DNA of 63,092 nucleotides from Elusimicrobia bacterium UBA4817. Its GTDB lineage: Bacteria; Elusimicrobiota; UBA8919. The stretch lies in NCBI GenBank assembly GCA_002402375.1, contig DHFT01000047.1:1-63092 (forward strand). The letters are read 5' to 3'. The notes beneath the pieces were generated by a model. The model searched no databases. It was not told where the DNA came from and saw only the letters and a program-made list of their open reading frames with translations. The translations under genes were made by a program, and so were the position numbers. Shown here in pieces: positions 53,374-63,066 of this stretch (the first letter of the stretch is position 1; every line of letters begins with the position of its first letter).

Positions 53374-54687
53374 ATGGCACTGTCGGGACTTGATATTTAT
53401 AAACAATTACCTAAAACGAACTGCAAAAAATGCGGGTTCCCGACCTGTCTTGCTTTTGCCATGGCACTTGCCGGGAAAAAAACATCTTTGGATAAATGCC
53501 CGGATGTGACAGCCGCGGCAAAACAATTATTGGAGTCCGCTTCGCTTCCGCCTATGGCGACTATTACAATTGGCGCCGGTGAAAAAAAAGCAGAAGTCGG
53601 CGGCGAAACGGTGCTTTTCCGTCACGAAAAAACATTTTATCATCCGACTGCTATTGCCGTTTCAATTTCAGACAATGAACAAAATCTCTCCGTAAAAATT
53701 GAAAGAATAAAAAAACTGAATTTTGAACGGGTCGGAATAATGGTCGGTATAAATTTAATTGCGATTAAAAATGATTCAAACGATTTGTTAAAATTTTCTG
53801 CTGTTGCAAAAGAGGTTTCCCAAAAACTACAACTGCCTTTGATTCTTATAAGTGAAAATCCTCAAGCAATAGAAGAGGTGTTGAAAAATATATCGCAACT
53901 AAAACCGTTAATTTATTGCGCAACCGAGAAAAATGCCGAACAAATGTTCGGTATAACAAAAAAATATAATGTTCCGCTGTGTGTGTACGGAAAAAATATT
54001 GAAGAAACCGCATCGCTTTCGCAGAAAGCAATCTCTTCCGGCATTAAGGATATTGTGCTTGATTGCGGTTCAAGAGATGTTGCAAAATGCATTCGGGATT
54101 TTACTCAGATAAGACGGCTTGCACTGAAAAAAAATTTCAGACCGTTCGGTTTTCCTATGATTGCATTTGCGGATAATATTGCGGATGCGTCAACATACAT
54201 TACGAAATATGCCAATATACTTGTTGTCCGGATGGATAGTGTTGAGGAAATTCTTCCCTTAATTACGCTTCGTCTGAATATCTATACCGACCCGCAAAAA
54301 CCGATAATGATGGAGCCGAAACTTTATGAAATAGGGAAACCCGACGCTCAATCGCCGCTTTTAGTTACAACAAACTTTTCCTTAACGTATTTTACCGTCG
54401 CGCCGGAAATTGAAAACTCAAAAATTTCCTCTTGGCTTCTTGTTTGCGAAGCGGAGGGTATGTCAGTTTTAACCGCTTGGGCTGCCGATAAATTCAACGC
54501 TGAAATTATTGATGTCTGGATGAAAAAAACTGATGTCGCCGGAAAGGTCTCTCACAAAAAAATAATAATTCCCGGCTATGTTTCCGTATTATCCGGAAAA
54601 CTTGAAGATACAACCGGTTGGCAGGTATTGGTCGGACCGAAAGAGGCATCGGGGATTCCGAAATATCTGAAGGCGGTTTGGAAGTAA
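53374..54687 (+). CDS. acsC: Corrinoid iron-sulfur protein large subunit
   Basis: N-terminal [4Fe-4S] motif CKKCGFPTCLAFAMALAGKKTSLDKCP, TIM-barrel middle and C-terminal B12-binding domain. Confidence 0.85.
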   Translation: MALSGLDIYKQLPKTNCKKCGFPTCLAFAMALAGKKTSLDKCPDVTAAAKQLLESASLPPMATITIGAGEKKAEVGGETVLFRHEKTFYHPTAIAVSISDNEQNLSVKIERIKKLNFERVGIMVGINLIAIKNDSNDLLKFSAVAKEVSQKLQLPLILISENPQAIEEVLKNISQLKPLIYCATEKNAEQMFGITKKYNVPLCVYGKNIEETASLSQKAISSGIKDIVLDCGSRDVAKCIRDFTQIRRLALKKNFRPFGFPMIAFADNIADASTYITKYANILVVRMDSVEEILPLITLRLNIYTDPQKPIMMEPKLYEIGKPDAQSPLLVTTNFSLTYFTVAPEIENSKISSWLLVCEAEGMSVLTAWAADKFNAEIIDVWMKKTDVAGKVSHKKIIIPGYVSVLSGKLEDTTGWQVLVGPKEASGIPKYLKAVWK

Positions 54688-54689
54688 AA

Positions 54690-54809
54690 GTCGCTCGCAA
54701 GCAAATTTCTTTGGTCGCTCCTTTGTAGTCGCTCAAAGAATTTGCTCCTGCAGGGTATAGGTCGCAAATTCAAAACCTGCAGAAATTTCTTGCTTCGCTC
54801 CCTGAGTAA
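54690..54809 (+). repeat. ~120-bp TIR repeat element, copy 4 (family R120)
   Basis: Starts 3 nt after the acsC stop. Collinear with 961..1077. Confidence 0.8.
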
Positions 54810-54826
54810 AAAGGAAAAAAAGTAAA

Positions 54827-56452
54827 ATGTCCTGCACAATAAAATTTTTACCGGATGAAAAAGAAATAATTGTAGACGACAAAACCGATTTGTTGACAGC
54901 GGCTATTAAAGCAGGGGTCAGCATTTACAGTTCATGCGGCGGTGCGGGAACTTGCGGTAAATGCAAGGTGGTTGTTAACACAGGTGAGGTTGAGACCTCT
55001 GTTTCCCCGTTTGTTTCCGCCGAAGAGAAAGCAAAGGGTTATGTCCTTGCCTGTAAATCCTTTTGCAAAACTGATTTGGAAGTTTTTGTTCCCGAATCGT
55101 CACGAGTGGGCAAAGCGGAAATTTTAATGCGCGGTGAAAAAATTTTTATTCCGGCCGGCCTTCCCGCCGTCAAAAAAGGCAAATCCGCCTTCTTTAAAAC
55201 CGGCGTTGCGGTGGACATAGGAACGACTACCGTAGTAGTTTATCTCGTAGACCTTGATACCGGTGAATTGTGTGCAAGAGCGATGTATAACCCCCAAGTA
55301 TCGTTCGGCGAAGATGTAATAACCAGAATGATTTTTGCTGAAAGCGAGGACGGTAACCGGCAGTTGCATCAATCGCTTGTTGACGGTATAAATGAATTGA
55401 TGGAAAATTGTGCGAAGGAAAAAAATGTTTTTTTGAATAATATAAATGTGCTTGTTGCCGCGGGTAATACTACGATGACACACACGCTTTTCGGGCTCAA
55501 TCCGTCATACATCAGGAAAATTCCGTATTTACCGAAAATGGATTTTCTGCCTGTCAGTTCTGCAAAAAAGTCCGGAATAAGAATAAATGAAGACGGTGTT
55601 ATTAAGGCATTGCCTTCGGTATCCGCTTATGTCGGCGGCGATATAGTGGCAGGCGTAGTTGCCTGCGCTCTGCACAAGAGTGAAGACCTTGCGATTTTTA
55701 TTGATTTGGGTACGAACGGCGAGATCGTTTTCGGCAATAAAGAATTTTTGGTGTGTTGTTCAACATCCGCAGGTCCCTGTTTTGAAGGCGGCGGTATAAA
55801 ATGGGGAATGCGCGCCCAGTCCGGGGCTATTGAATCGCTTACTATTTCGGGCGATAATATTTCTTTTAACACGATAAGCAATCAAAAACCGGTGGGTATT
55901 TGCGGCGCCGGTATAATTTCTATAATTACGGAACTGTTATTGAACGGAATAATTGATAGGTCGGGTGCGTTTGTAAAAAACTCTTCTAAAAACTTAAAAT
56001 CCGGCGAAGAGGAACTGGAATTTTTTATCACAGATAAAATATCAATAACTGCCTCCGACATAAAAAATGTCATCAATTCAAAAGGTGCGGTTTTTTCCGG
56101 CTGTGATGTGCTTGTTAAAAAAATGGGATTTGAGTTTAAACAACTTTCCCAAGTAATAATAGCCGGCGGTCTCGGCAATGCGCTTGATATAAAAAAATCA
56201 ATAATTCTCGGGCTGCTTCCCGATTTACCGATAGAGAAATTCAGATTTATCGGCAACGCATCCGTTACCGGCGCAAAAATGTGTCTTTTGTCGCAGGAGA
56301 AATTTAATGAAGCAAAATTTATAGCGGAAACAATGACCTACATTGATTTAAGCACCGATAATGAGTTTATGAATAATTATACGGCGTCGCTATTTTTACC
56401 GCATACGAATTTAAGGTTATTTCCGACAGTAAAAAATATTATGGAGAAATAA
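54827..56452 (+). CDS. acsV: Reductive activator of the corrinoid Fe-S protein (RACo; 2Fe-2S ferredoxin plus ASKHA ATPase)
   Basis: SCGGAGTCGKCKV plant-type 2Fe-2S N-domain, followed by ASKHA motifs (VAVDIGTTTVV, IDLGTNGEI). Confidence 0.8.
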   Translation: MSCTIKFLPDEKEIIVDDKTDLLTAAIKAGVSIYSSCGGAGTCGKCKVVVNTGEVETSVSPFVSAEEKAKGYVLACKSFCKTDLEVFVPESSRVGKAEILMRGEKIFIPAGLPAVKKGKSAFFKTGVAVDIGTTTVVVYLVDLDTGELCARAMYNPQVSFGEDVITRMIFAESEDGNRQLHQSLVDGINELMENCAKEKNVFLNNINVLVAAGNTTMTHTLFGLNPSYIRKIPYLPKMDFLPVSSAKKSGIRINEDGVIKALPSVSAYVGGDIVAGVVACALHKSEDLAIFIDLGTNGEIVFGNKEFLVCCSTSAGPCFEGGGIKWGMRAQSGAIESLTISGDNISFNTISNQKPVGICGAGIISIITELLLNGIIDRSGAFVKNSSKNLKSGEEELEFFITDKISITASDIKNVINSKGAVFSGCDVLVKKMGFEFKQLSQVIIAGGLGNALDIKKSIILGLLPDLPIEKFRFIGNASVTGAKMCLLSQEKFNEAKFIAETMTYIDLSTDNEFMNNYTASLFLPHTNLRLFPTVKNIMEK

Positions 56453-56454
56453 GC

Positions 56455-57411
56455 ATGGAACCCGCGATAGAAAAATGGTCAGGCAAGGTTTATGAATTGA
56501 CGATTGGTGCGACAAAAGAGTCGGGAGGCAGTCGTTCAAAAAAAGTTAAAATCGGCGGTATGTCCGCCCTCCCCTTTCTTTCTTTTGAGGGAACAATTCC
56601 TAACCCGCCCGTTATTGCTATGGAGGTATGGGATGTGGAGCCGCCCGACTGGACTGATGTTCTTAAAAATGAATACGGCAACGTATTAAATGACCCCGCA
56701 CAGTGGGCAAAAAAATGCGAGCAAATGGGCTGTGACCTGATATGTCTTCGTCTTGAGAGTGTAAATCCCGACGGCAAAAATACTTCGGCGGCGGATGCGG
56801 CGAAAACGGTAAAGAATGTTTTATCAGCGACCACGCTCCCTTTGCTCATAATCGGCTGCGGAAATTCCGAAAAGGACTCGTCAATTATTACGGAAATTTC
56901 CGAAGCGGCGAAGGGTGAAAATTGTCTTTTAGGTATTGCAACGAAAGAGAATTATAAAACTTATGCTGCTGCTGCTCTTTCAGGCGGACATTCGGTAATT
57001 GCGGAAACCCCGCTTGATATAAATCTTGAAAAGCAGTTAAATATTTTAATGAGTGATATGGGTTTTTCTCCCGAACGGATTGTTATTCATCCGACGACTG
57101 GCGGGCTGGGATATGGATTTGAGTACTGTTATTCCATAATTGAAAGAACCCGTCTTGCCGCACTATCCGGCGACAAAATGATGTCGCAGCCGATAATTAC
57201 TTTTGTAGGGCAGGAAACTTGGAAGACAAAAGAATGCCAGGCGGATGAAACGGATATGCCTGCTTGGGGCTCATTAAAAGAAAGGGGAATCCTTTGGGAG
57301 ATAACGACTTCGGTGGGATATATCCAATCGGGCTGTGATATTATAGTCGTCAATCACCCGAAAACGGTCAAAGAAATGAAAAATTACATTAACGGATTAA
57401 TGGTTAGATAA
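56455..57411 (+). CDS. acsD: Corrinoid iron-sulfur protein small subunit
   Basis: CdhD/AcsD-like TIM-barrel protein of 318 aa, placed after acsC and RACo. Confidence 0.8.
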   Translation: MEPAIEKWSGKVYELTIGATKESGGSRSKKVKIGGMSALPFLSFEGTIPNPPVIAMEVWDVEPPDWTDVLKNEYGNVLNDPAQWAKKCEQMGCDLICLRLESVNPDGKNTSAADAAKTVKNVLSATTLPLLIIGCGNSEKDSSIITEISEAAKGENCLLGIATKENYKTYAAAALSGGHSVIAETPLDINLEKQLNILMSDMGFSPERIVIHPTTGGLGYGFEYCYSIIERTRLAALSGDKMMSQPIITFVGQETWKTKECQADETDMPAWGSLKERGILWEITTSVGYIQSGCDIIVVNHPKTVKEMKNYINGLMVR

Positions 57412-57426
57412 ATTCCGGAGGTTATA

Positions 57427-58617
57427 ATGAAAATTCTTGTATTGAATTTCAGAATCTATTCCGTTGAATATGAACTTTTTGAAATGCCGTCGGAAACGGA
57501 AATTTGCAAGGGAGAATTGAAACACATTGGTTTTGATGATGCCATTCTTACTTATACGGTAAAAAATAAAACGACAAAAATTGTTAAGCCGGTTTTAAAT
57601 CATACTGCCGGTCTTGAATTTATAATTGATACGTTAAAAAAATGCTGTATAAAATCAACCGATGAAATAGATGCCGTCGGTCATAGGGTTGTTCACGGCG
57701 GATGGAGTTTCCGTTCATCCGTATTAATAGATGACAGGGTAAAAAAGGAAATTGAAAGCGATTTTCTCATTGCTCCGATTCACAATCCTTACAATCTTAA
57801 AGGAATAAACGCAGCGGAGAAACTTTTGCCGGGCAAAAAAAACGTCGCCGTTTTTGATACATCTTTTCATCAGACACTTCCGGAGGTAGCGTTTAAGTAT
57901 GCGCTCCCGGAACGGTTGGAGCAAGAATATAAAATAAGAAAATACGGTTTTCACGGGATTTCCCACAAATATGTTTCCCAGAAAACGGCGCAATTATTGG
58001 GGAAAAAGAAAACCACGATGCTTTCCTTTCACCTCGGCGCGGGCTCAAGTATCTGTGCGATTAAAGACGGTAAGTCAGTTGATACTTCCATGGGATTTAC
58101 TCCGCTGGAAGGTCTCGTAATGACGGACAGATGCGGCGACCTTGATTGCGGAGTCGTAATTTATCTTATGAAACTCGGCTGGACGCTTACCGAAATAGAA
58201 AATTGTCTTAACAGGGAAAGCGGCACTCTGGGGGTTTCCGGTTTAAGCGACGAAATGAAAGAGGTTGTTGAAGAAGCAAAGAACGGCAATGAAAGGGCAA
58301 AACTTGCCGTTGACATATTTATTTACAGGGCGAGGAAATATCTCGGAGCGTATTATTTTGTTCTCGGCGGCGAGATAGAGGCGATATCTTTTACCGGTGC
58401 CATCGGCAACAATTCACCGTACATAAGAGAAAAAATTTTAAGCGGTCTTGAAAAATTCGGAATAAAATTAGACCGGAAAAAGAACGATAAAATTATCGGG
58501 GAGGAAGGTGAAATAAGTACGGAAGATGCAAAAATCAGGATATTTGTTATACCGAGAAACGAAAAGATACAGATAGCGAAAGAGACGATGGAAGTAATCA
58601 ACGGCAAAATAATATAA
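57427..58617 (+). CDS. ackA: Acetate/propionate kinase-family protein with divergent catalytic motifs
   Basis: GHRVVHGG, FDTSFHQT, YGFHGISHKY and DTSMGFTPLEG are conserved. The N-terminal NxGSSSxK loop reads NFRIYSVE, and GIGENS reads AIGNNS. Confidence 0.75.
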   Translation: MKILVLNFRIYSVEYELFEMPSETEICKGELKHIGFDDAILTYTVKNKTTKIVKPVLNHTAGLEFIIDTLKKCCIKSTDEIDAVGHRVVHGGWSFRSSVLIDDRVKKEIESDFLIAPIHNPYNLKGINAAEKLLPGKKNVAVFDTSFHQTLPEVAFKYALPERLEQEYKIRKYGFHGISHKYVSQKTAQLLGKKKTTMLSFHLGAGSSICAIKDGKSVDTSMGFTPLEGLVMTDRCGDLDCGVVIYLMKLGWTLTEIENCLNRESGTLGVSGLSDEMKEVVEEAKNGNERAKLAVDIFIYRARKYLGAYYFVLGGEIEAISFTGAIGNNSPYIREKILSGLEKFGIKLDRKKNDKIIGEEGEISTEDAKIRIFVIPRNEKIQIAKETMEVINGKII

Positions 58618-58642
58618 AAAATGAATTGGTTGAAAAACCTTG

Positions 58643-58737
58643 CCACAGAGACACGGAGAACACAGAGAAAAAAATTAAAGAATTTATTTTCATCGGTATT
58701 TTCTCTGTGAACCTCTTGGTTTTCTCTGTGGCTGTGG
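58643..58737. repeat. PAL-B palindromic intergenic repeat between ackA and fhs
   Basis: CCACAGAGACACGGAGAACACAGAGAAAA ... TTTTCTCTGTGAACCTCTTGGTTTTCTCTGTGGCTGTGG. Confidence 0.65.
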
Positions 58738-58765
58738 TTAAATGACTTTTTAATGGTCTCAAAAT

Positions 58766-60472
58766 ATGAAAAAAAATATTCCGTCGGACATCAAAATAGC
58801 GCAGTCAATCAAACTTAAACCGATAATTGATATTGCGAAAAAAATCGGAATTAAAAGCAGCGAGATTGAACTTTACGGCGATAATAAAGCAAAAATAAAA
58901 CTTGAGATTCTCAACCGGTTAAAGAATAATTGCACGGCAAAATATGTCGTCGTAACCGCAATGACCCCTACGCCGCTCGGTGAAGGCAAGACGGTTACCA
59001 CTATCGGACTTTCACTCGGTCTCGCAAAAATAGGAAAAAAGGTTATATCGTGTATCCGTCAGCCGTCGTTAGGTCCGGTGTTCGGGCTCAAAGGCGGTGC
59101 TGCCGGCGGAGGTTATTCCCAGGTTTTACCGATGGAAGATTTTAATTTGCATCTTACCGGCGATACCCACGCCGTTTCTTCGGCGCATAACCTGTGTGCT
59201 GCTTTTCTTGATAATTCGCTGTACAGAAAAAATAAACTTAACATTGATGCGAACAACATTTCATGGCGCCGGGTAGTTGACATTAATGACCGTTCTTTGC
59301 GAAATATAAAAATAGGTTTAGGTTCAAAAGAGGACGGTGTTCCGAGAAAAACCGGATTTGATATTTCCGCCGCTTCGGAAATAATGGCGGTTTTATCATT
59401 AACCTCAGGACTAAAAGATTTAAGAAAACGTCTCGGAAAAATCGTCGTTGCATTTACGTCCGCCGGTTTACCGGTTACCGCCGAGGATTTGGGTGTCGCA
59501 GGTTCTATGACCGTTTTGTTAAAGGATGCCGTAAAACCGAATCTACTTCAAACAACCGAGCATACGCCCTGTTTTGTCCATATGGGCCCGTTCGGAAACA
59601 TTGCCCACGGGAACAGTTCAATCCTTGCCGACCGGATTGCCGTAAAACTTGCAGATTATGTTGTTACGGAAAGCGGGTTCGGAGCCGATTGCGGCATGGA
59701 AAAATTTATGGACATAAAGTGCAGATACAGCGGTTTAACTCCCGACTGCGTTGTTGTGGTTTGTTCAATCCGCGCCCTGAAAATGCATTCGGGTAAGTTT
59801 AATGTTGTTGCAGGCAGACCGCTTGACGAAGGACTGCCTAAAGAAAACATTGATGCAATCGCCGGCGGATTTTGTAATCTTGAAAAACATATAGAAAACG
59901 CCAAAATGTTCGGAGTGCCCGTTGTAGTTGCGGTGAATAAATTCTCAACGGATACGGATAAAGAGATAGAATTTGTAAGATATAAGTCATTAGAAGCCGG
60001 CGCTGATGATGTCGCGGTCTCTACGGTTTGGGAGAACGGAGGGGCCGGCGGCAAAGAACTTGCAGAAGCAGTTGTAAATGCCTGCGCGAAAAAATCAAAA
60101 TTTAAGTTTTTATATCCGACCGATATGCCGATAAAAGAAAAAATTAGAATTATAGCGACGAAAATTTACGGCGCAAAGGATGTCCGTTATACACCGCTGG
60201 CGGAGGAAAAAATCAAACTTTATACTAAACTCGGCTGGGATAATATTCCTATTTGCATGGCTAAAACGCAATTTTCTTTGTCGCATGACCCGTCATTAAA
60301 AGGAAAACCCGAAGGATTTGTTTTGCCGGTTAATGATGTGGGTGCCGCCGTTGGCGCCGGATTTTTGTATCCGCTTTGCGGCAGGATAAGAACTATGCCG
60401 GGTCTCCCGTCCGTTCCTGCCGGGACTAAAATTGATATTGACAAAAACGGCAAGGTTATCGGTTTATTTTAG
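58766..60472 (+). CDS. fhs: Formate-tetrahydrofolate ligase
   Basis: TPTPLGEGKTVTTIGL P-loop, EHTPCFVHMGPFGNIAHG; 568 aa. Confidence 0.95.
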   Translation: MKKNIPSDIKIAQSIKLKPIIDIAKKIGIKSSEIELYGDNKAKIKLEILNRLKNNCTAKYVVVTAMTPTPLGEGKTVTTIGLSLGLAKIGKKVISCIRQPSLGPVFGLKGGAAGGGYSQVLPMEDFNLHLTGDTHAVSSAHNLCAAFLDNSLYRKNKLNIDANNISWRRVVDINDRSLRNIKIGLGSKEDGVPRKTGFDISAASEIMAVLSLTSGLKDLRKRLGKIVVAFTSAGLPVTAEDLGVAGSMTVLLKDAVKPNLLQTTEHTPCFVHMGPFGNIAHGNSSILADRIAVKLADYVVTESGFGADCGMEKFMDIKCRYSGLTPDCVVVVCSIRALKMHSGKFNVVAGRPLDEGLPKENIDAIAGGFCNLEKHIENAKMFGVPVVVAVNKFSTDTDKEIEFVRYKSLEAGADDVAVSTVWENGGAGGKELAEAVVNACAKKSKFKFLYPTDMPIKEKIRIIATKIYGAKDVRYTPLAEEKIKLYTKLGWDNIPICMAKTQFSLSHDPSLKGKPEGFVLPVNDVGAAVGAGFLYPLCGRIRTMPGLPSVPAGTKIDIDKNGKVIGLF

Positions 60473-60591
60473 CGCATCGGAATTTCAATCCGATACTTGA
60501 TTACAATGATAAAAAGAGCGATTACAACGATAAAATCAATGTCCGTTATATCGCTGTAATCAGTGCGACGAAGTCGCTTATCTTGAACATT

Positions 60592-61191
60592 ATGAAATAT
60601 ACGAATTATTCTGTCGGGAAATATCTCCGTGATTTGTCTGCGAAACTGCCTGTGCCCGGAGGTGGCAGTGCCGCCGCTTTAGTTTCAGCATTAGGGGTAT
60701 CCTGTCTTCTGAAAGCGGCGAATTTTACCGCCGGCAAAAAAGGTTATGAAAAAGAACAAAGCGAGGTTAAAAAAATCAGCAAAAAACTTATCGCATGCCG
60801 TTTAACGCTTACCGCCCTGATTGACGAAGATGCAAAAGCATATACCGGTTTTTCAGCGGCGCATAAAACGAAAAATAAAAAAGAAATGGCGGCTGCATTG
60901 CGAAAAACGATAGTTGTTCCGTGTAAAATTATTGAAATCTCTTCCGTCGCGGTTTTTCCGGCGTTGCGTCTGTCAAAAATCTGCAATAAAAATCTGTTAA
61001 GCGATGTCGCATGCGGACTTTCAATGTTAAGGGCGGGTATTGAATCGGCGAAATTCAATATAGATGTCAATCTGAAATTTGCCGCCGATTACAGATTTGC
61101 GGAAAAAACAAAAGTAAAATACGCCGGGATGTTAAAAACGGTTTTAAGAGATATAGAAAATACAATAGAAAACGTTACGGGACGATTATGA
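60592..61191 (+). CDS. fchA: Methenyl-THF cyclohydrolase / formimino-THF cyclodeaminase-family protein
   Basis: LSAKLPVPGGGSAAALVSALG, an FTCD_C-type N-terminus. Overlaps the folD start. Confidence 0.8.
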   Translation: MKYTNYSVGKYLRDLSAKLPVPGGGSAAALVSALGVSCLLKAANFTAGKKGYEKEQSEVKKISKKLIACRLTLTALIDEDAKAYTGFSAAHKTKNKKEMAAALRKTIVVPCKIIEISSVAVFPALRLSKICNKNLLSDVACGLSMLRAGIESAKFNIDVNLKFAADYRFAEKTKVKYAGMLKTVLRDIENTIENVTGRL

Positions 61192-62042
61192 ACGCAAAAA
61201 TTATTGACGGGAACAAAATTGCCGAAAAAATAAAACAGAAAATAAAAACAGAACTTGAAAAATTGAAAGCCAAGCTCGTGCTTGTGGCGGTTCAGGTCGG
61301 CGAAAACCCCGCGAGTAAAGTTTATGTAAAGAACCAAAAATCATCCTGCGAAGAGGTCGGTGTTATTTACAATTTGGTTCAACTTGCGGAAAATATTTCC
61401 GAAGATAGTTTAATTTCCGAGGTAAAAAAATTAGGTCAGAACGAAAAAATCACAGGAATAATTTTACAAATGCCGCTTCCACCGAGCATAAATTCAAGGA
61501 AAATCCAGATGTCAATTCCGGAAGAAAAAGATGTGGAAGGCGTCACACCTGCGAACCTCGGAAAACTTTTATATTCTGATGTCCAACCGGTCGTTGCCCC
61601 CTGCACGGCACTTTCCGTTATGGAATGCATAAAATCAACGGGTGAAAACATCAAAGGCAAAGAAGCCGTAATAGTTGGACATAGCGAGATAGTGGGAAAA
61701 CCGGTAATGCTTATGCTCCTTTCGTCGCTTTTGGAATCTGCCACTCCGACGGTATGTCATATTGCAACAAAGGATTTGGCAGGTCATACAAAACGGGCAG
61801 AGCTCCTTATTGTTGCCGTCGGACAAGCGGGACTTATAAAAGGTAATATGCTCAAAGAAGGAGCAATTGTAATAGACGTCGGTATAAATCGCGTCGGGAA
61901 TAAAATATGCGGCGATGTTGATTTTGACGAAGCGATAAAAGTTGCCGGCTATATTACGCCCGTGCCCGGCGGGGTCGGGGCGGTTACGACGGCAATGCTT
62001 CTGAAAAATCTTTTAGGTTTGTATAAAACCCGGATTGCATGA
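61188..62042 (+). CDS. folD: Bifunctional methylene-THF dehydrogenase / methenyl-THF cyclohydrolase
   Basis: KVYVKNQKSSCEEVG, ILQMPLP, VVGHSEIVGKP and PVPGGVGAVT motifs. Confidence 0.9.
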   Translation: MNAKIIDGNKIAEKIKQKIKTELEKLKAKLVLVAVQVGENPASKVYVKNQKSSCEEVGVIYNLVQLAENISEDSLISEVKKLGQNEKITGIILQMPLPPSINSRKIQMSIPEEKDVEGVTPANLGKLLYSDVQPVVAPCTALSVMECIKSTGENIKGKEAVIVGHSEIVGKPVMLMLLSSLLESATPTVCHIATKDLAGHTKRAELLIVAVGQAGLIKGNMLKEGAIVIDVGINRVGNKICGDVDFDEAIKVAGYITPVPGGVGAVTTAMLLKNLLGLYKTRIA

Positions 62043-62080
62043 GCGAGAACAAGACGGTTAATAAATATCTCAGACGATAA

Positions 62081-62103
62081 AATGGAACATTTGTTCCATT
62101 TTT
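62081..62103 (+). terminator. Rho-independent terminator after folD
   Basis: AATGGAACatttGTTCCATT stem-loop followed by TTT. Confidence 0.55.
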
Positions 62104-62118
62104 CAGACGGAGGAATTT

Positions 62119-63066
62119 ATGAAAATAGCAAAGTTTGTTTTGGGATTTATTCTTATCAATCTGTTTTGGTGGTTATCTGTTTTTATAAGCGAAGGAGTAC
62201 GCGGGTTTCTTTCTTTTATTAATATGGAGGCAATTTTAATTGTGTGGGGCGGAGTTTTTATTATCACACTTATGAGTTTTTCGCTTAAAGAGATTAAAAC
62301 AAGTTTTAGATGCGCGTTAACAAATTACAACAGACCGGAAAATGAATATATTACTGCCGACCACCTATTTAGTTCACTTGCCGATTCTTCTGTTGCTTTT
62401 GGACTTATTGCAACAATTCTTGGAATGATTTTACTTTTAATAAATGTTGACGACCCATCAAAAGTTCCGGTAAGAATGGCACTCGCGTTAACAGCGCTTT
62501 TTTACGGTTTTTTAATTTCCGAAATAATTTTTATTCCGCTTAAAAACAATGTCAAAAAGAAACTTGCAGAGTTCAAAATTTATCCAAAAAATGAGAGGGG
62601 CAGGGTTTTAGTCGGTGTTCTTGGATTTTTCATTATTCTGACCTGTTTTTTTGTGATGATGTATGCAATAACATCTGCTTTAGTGACTTCGCCTGTATCA
62701 AGAAGAAAAACCACGATTGACCAAAAACTCATTCCGTTTTTTAAACCCGGTAGTGCTAATTTATCGGGAGCAATGATAAAATATTTAGATTTAATCACCC
62801 CATCACTCATTTCCGATTCAGAAGAAAACACAATAGAAATTATCGGTTATTATGAGAAAGAAGAACCCTATTTGCCAAAATACAAATCTCATGCAGAATT
62901 AGCGGCATCCCGAGCACAAAATATTGCCGACTATTTAATAAAGAAAGGATTGTTGCCTGAAAATATGTTTTTGTCGGCGGTCGGTGAACCGGCTGAACCT
63001 GAATATCGTATTGAAATGGAAAAGGTAGAAGGCAGTAATCGGATGGTTAAAATAATAATTAAGTAA
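62119..63066 (+). CDS. Single-polypeptide MotA/PomA-like channel segment fused to a MotB/OmpA-like C-terminal domain
   Basis: N-half: ILIVWGGVFIITLMSF and GLIATILGMILLLINVDDPSKVPVRMALALTALFYGFLISEIIFIPL (PomA-like TM3-4). Then an extra TM helix, and an OmpA-like ...ELAASRAQNIADYLIKKGL. Confidence 0.5.
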   Translation: MKIAKFVLGFILINLFWWLSVFISEGVRGFLSFINMEAILIVWGGVFIITLMSFSLKEIKTSFRCALTNYNRPENEYITADHLFSSLADSSVAFGLIATILGMILLLINVDDPSKVPVRMALALTALFYGFLISEIIFIPLKNNVKKKLAEFKIYPKNERGRVLVGVLGFFIILTCFFVMMYAITSALVTSPVSRRKTTIDQKLIPFFKPGSANLSGAMIKYLDLITPSLISDSEENTIEIIGYYEKEEPYLPKYKSHAELAASRAQNIADYLIKKGLLPENMFLSAVGEPAEPEYRIEMEKVEGSNRMVKIIIK

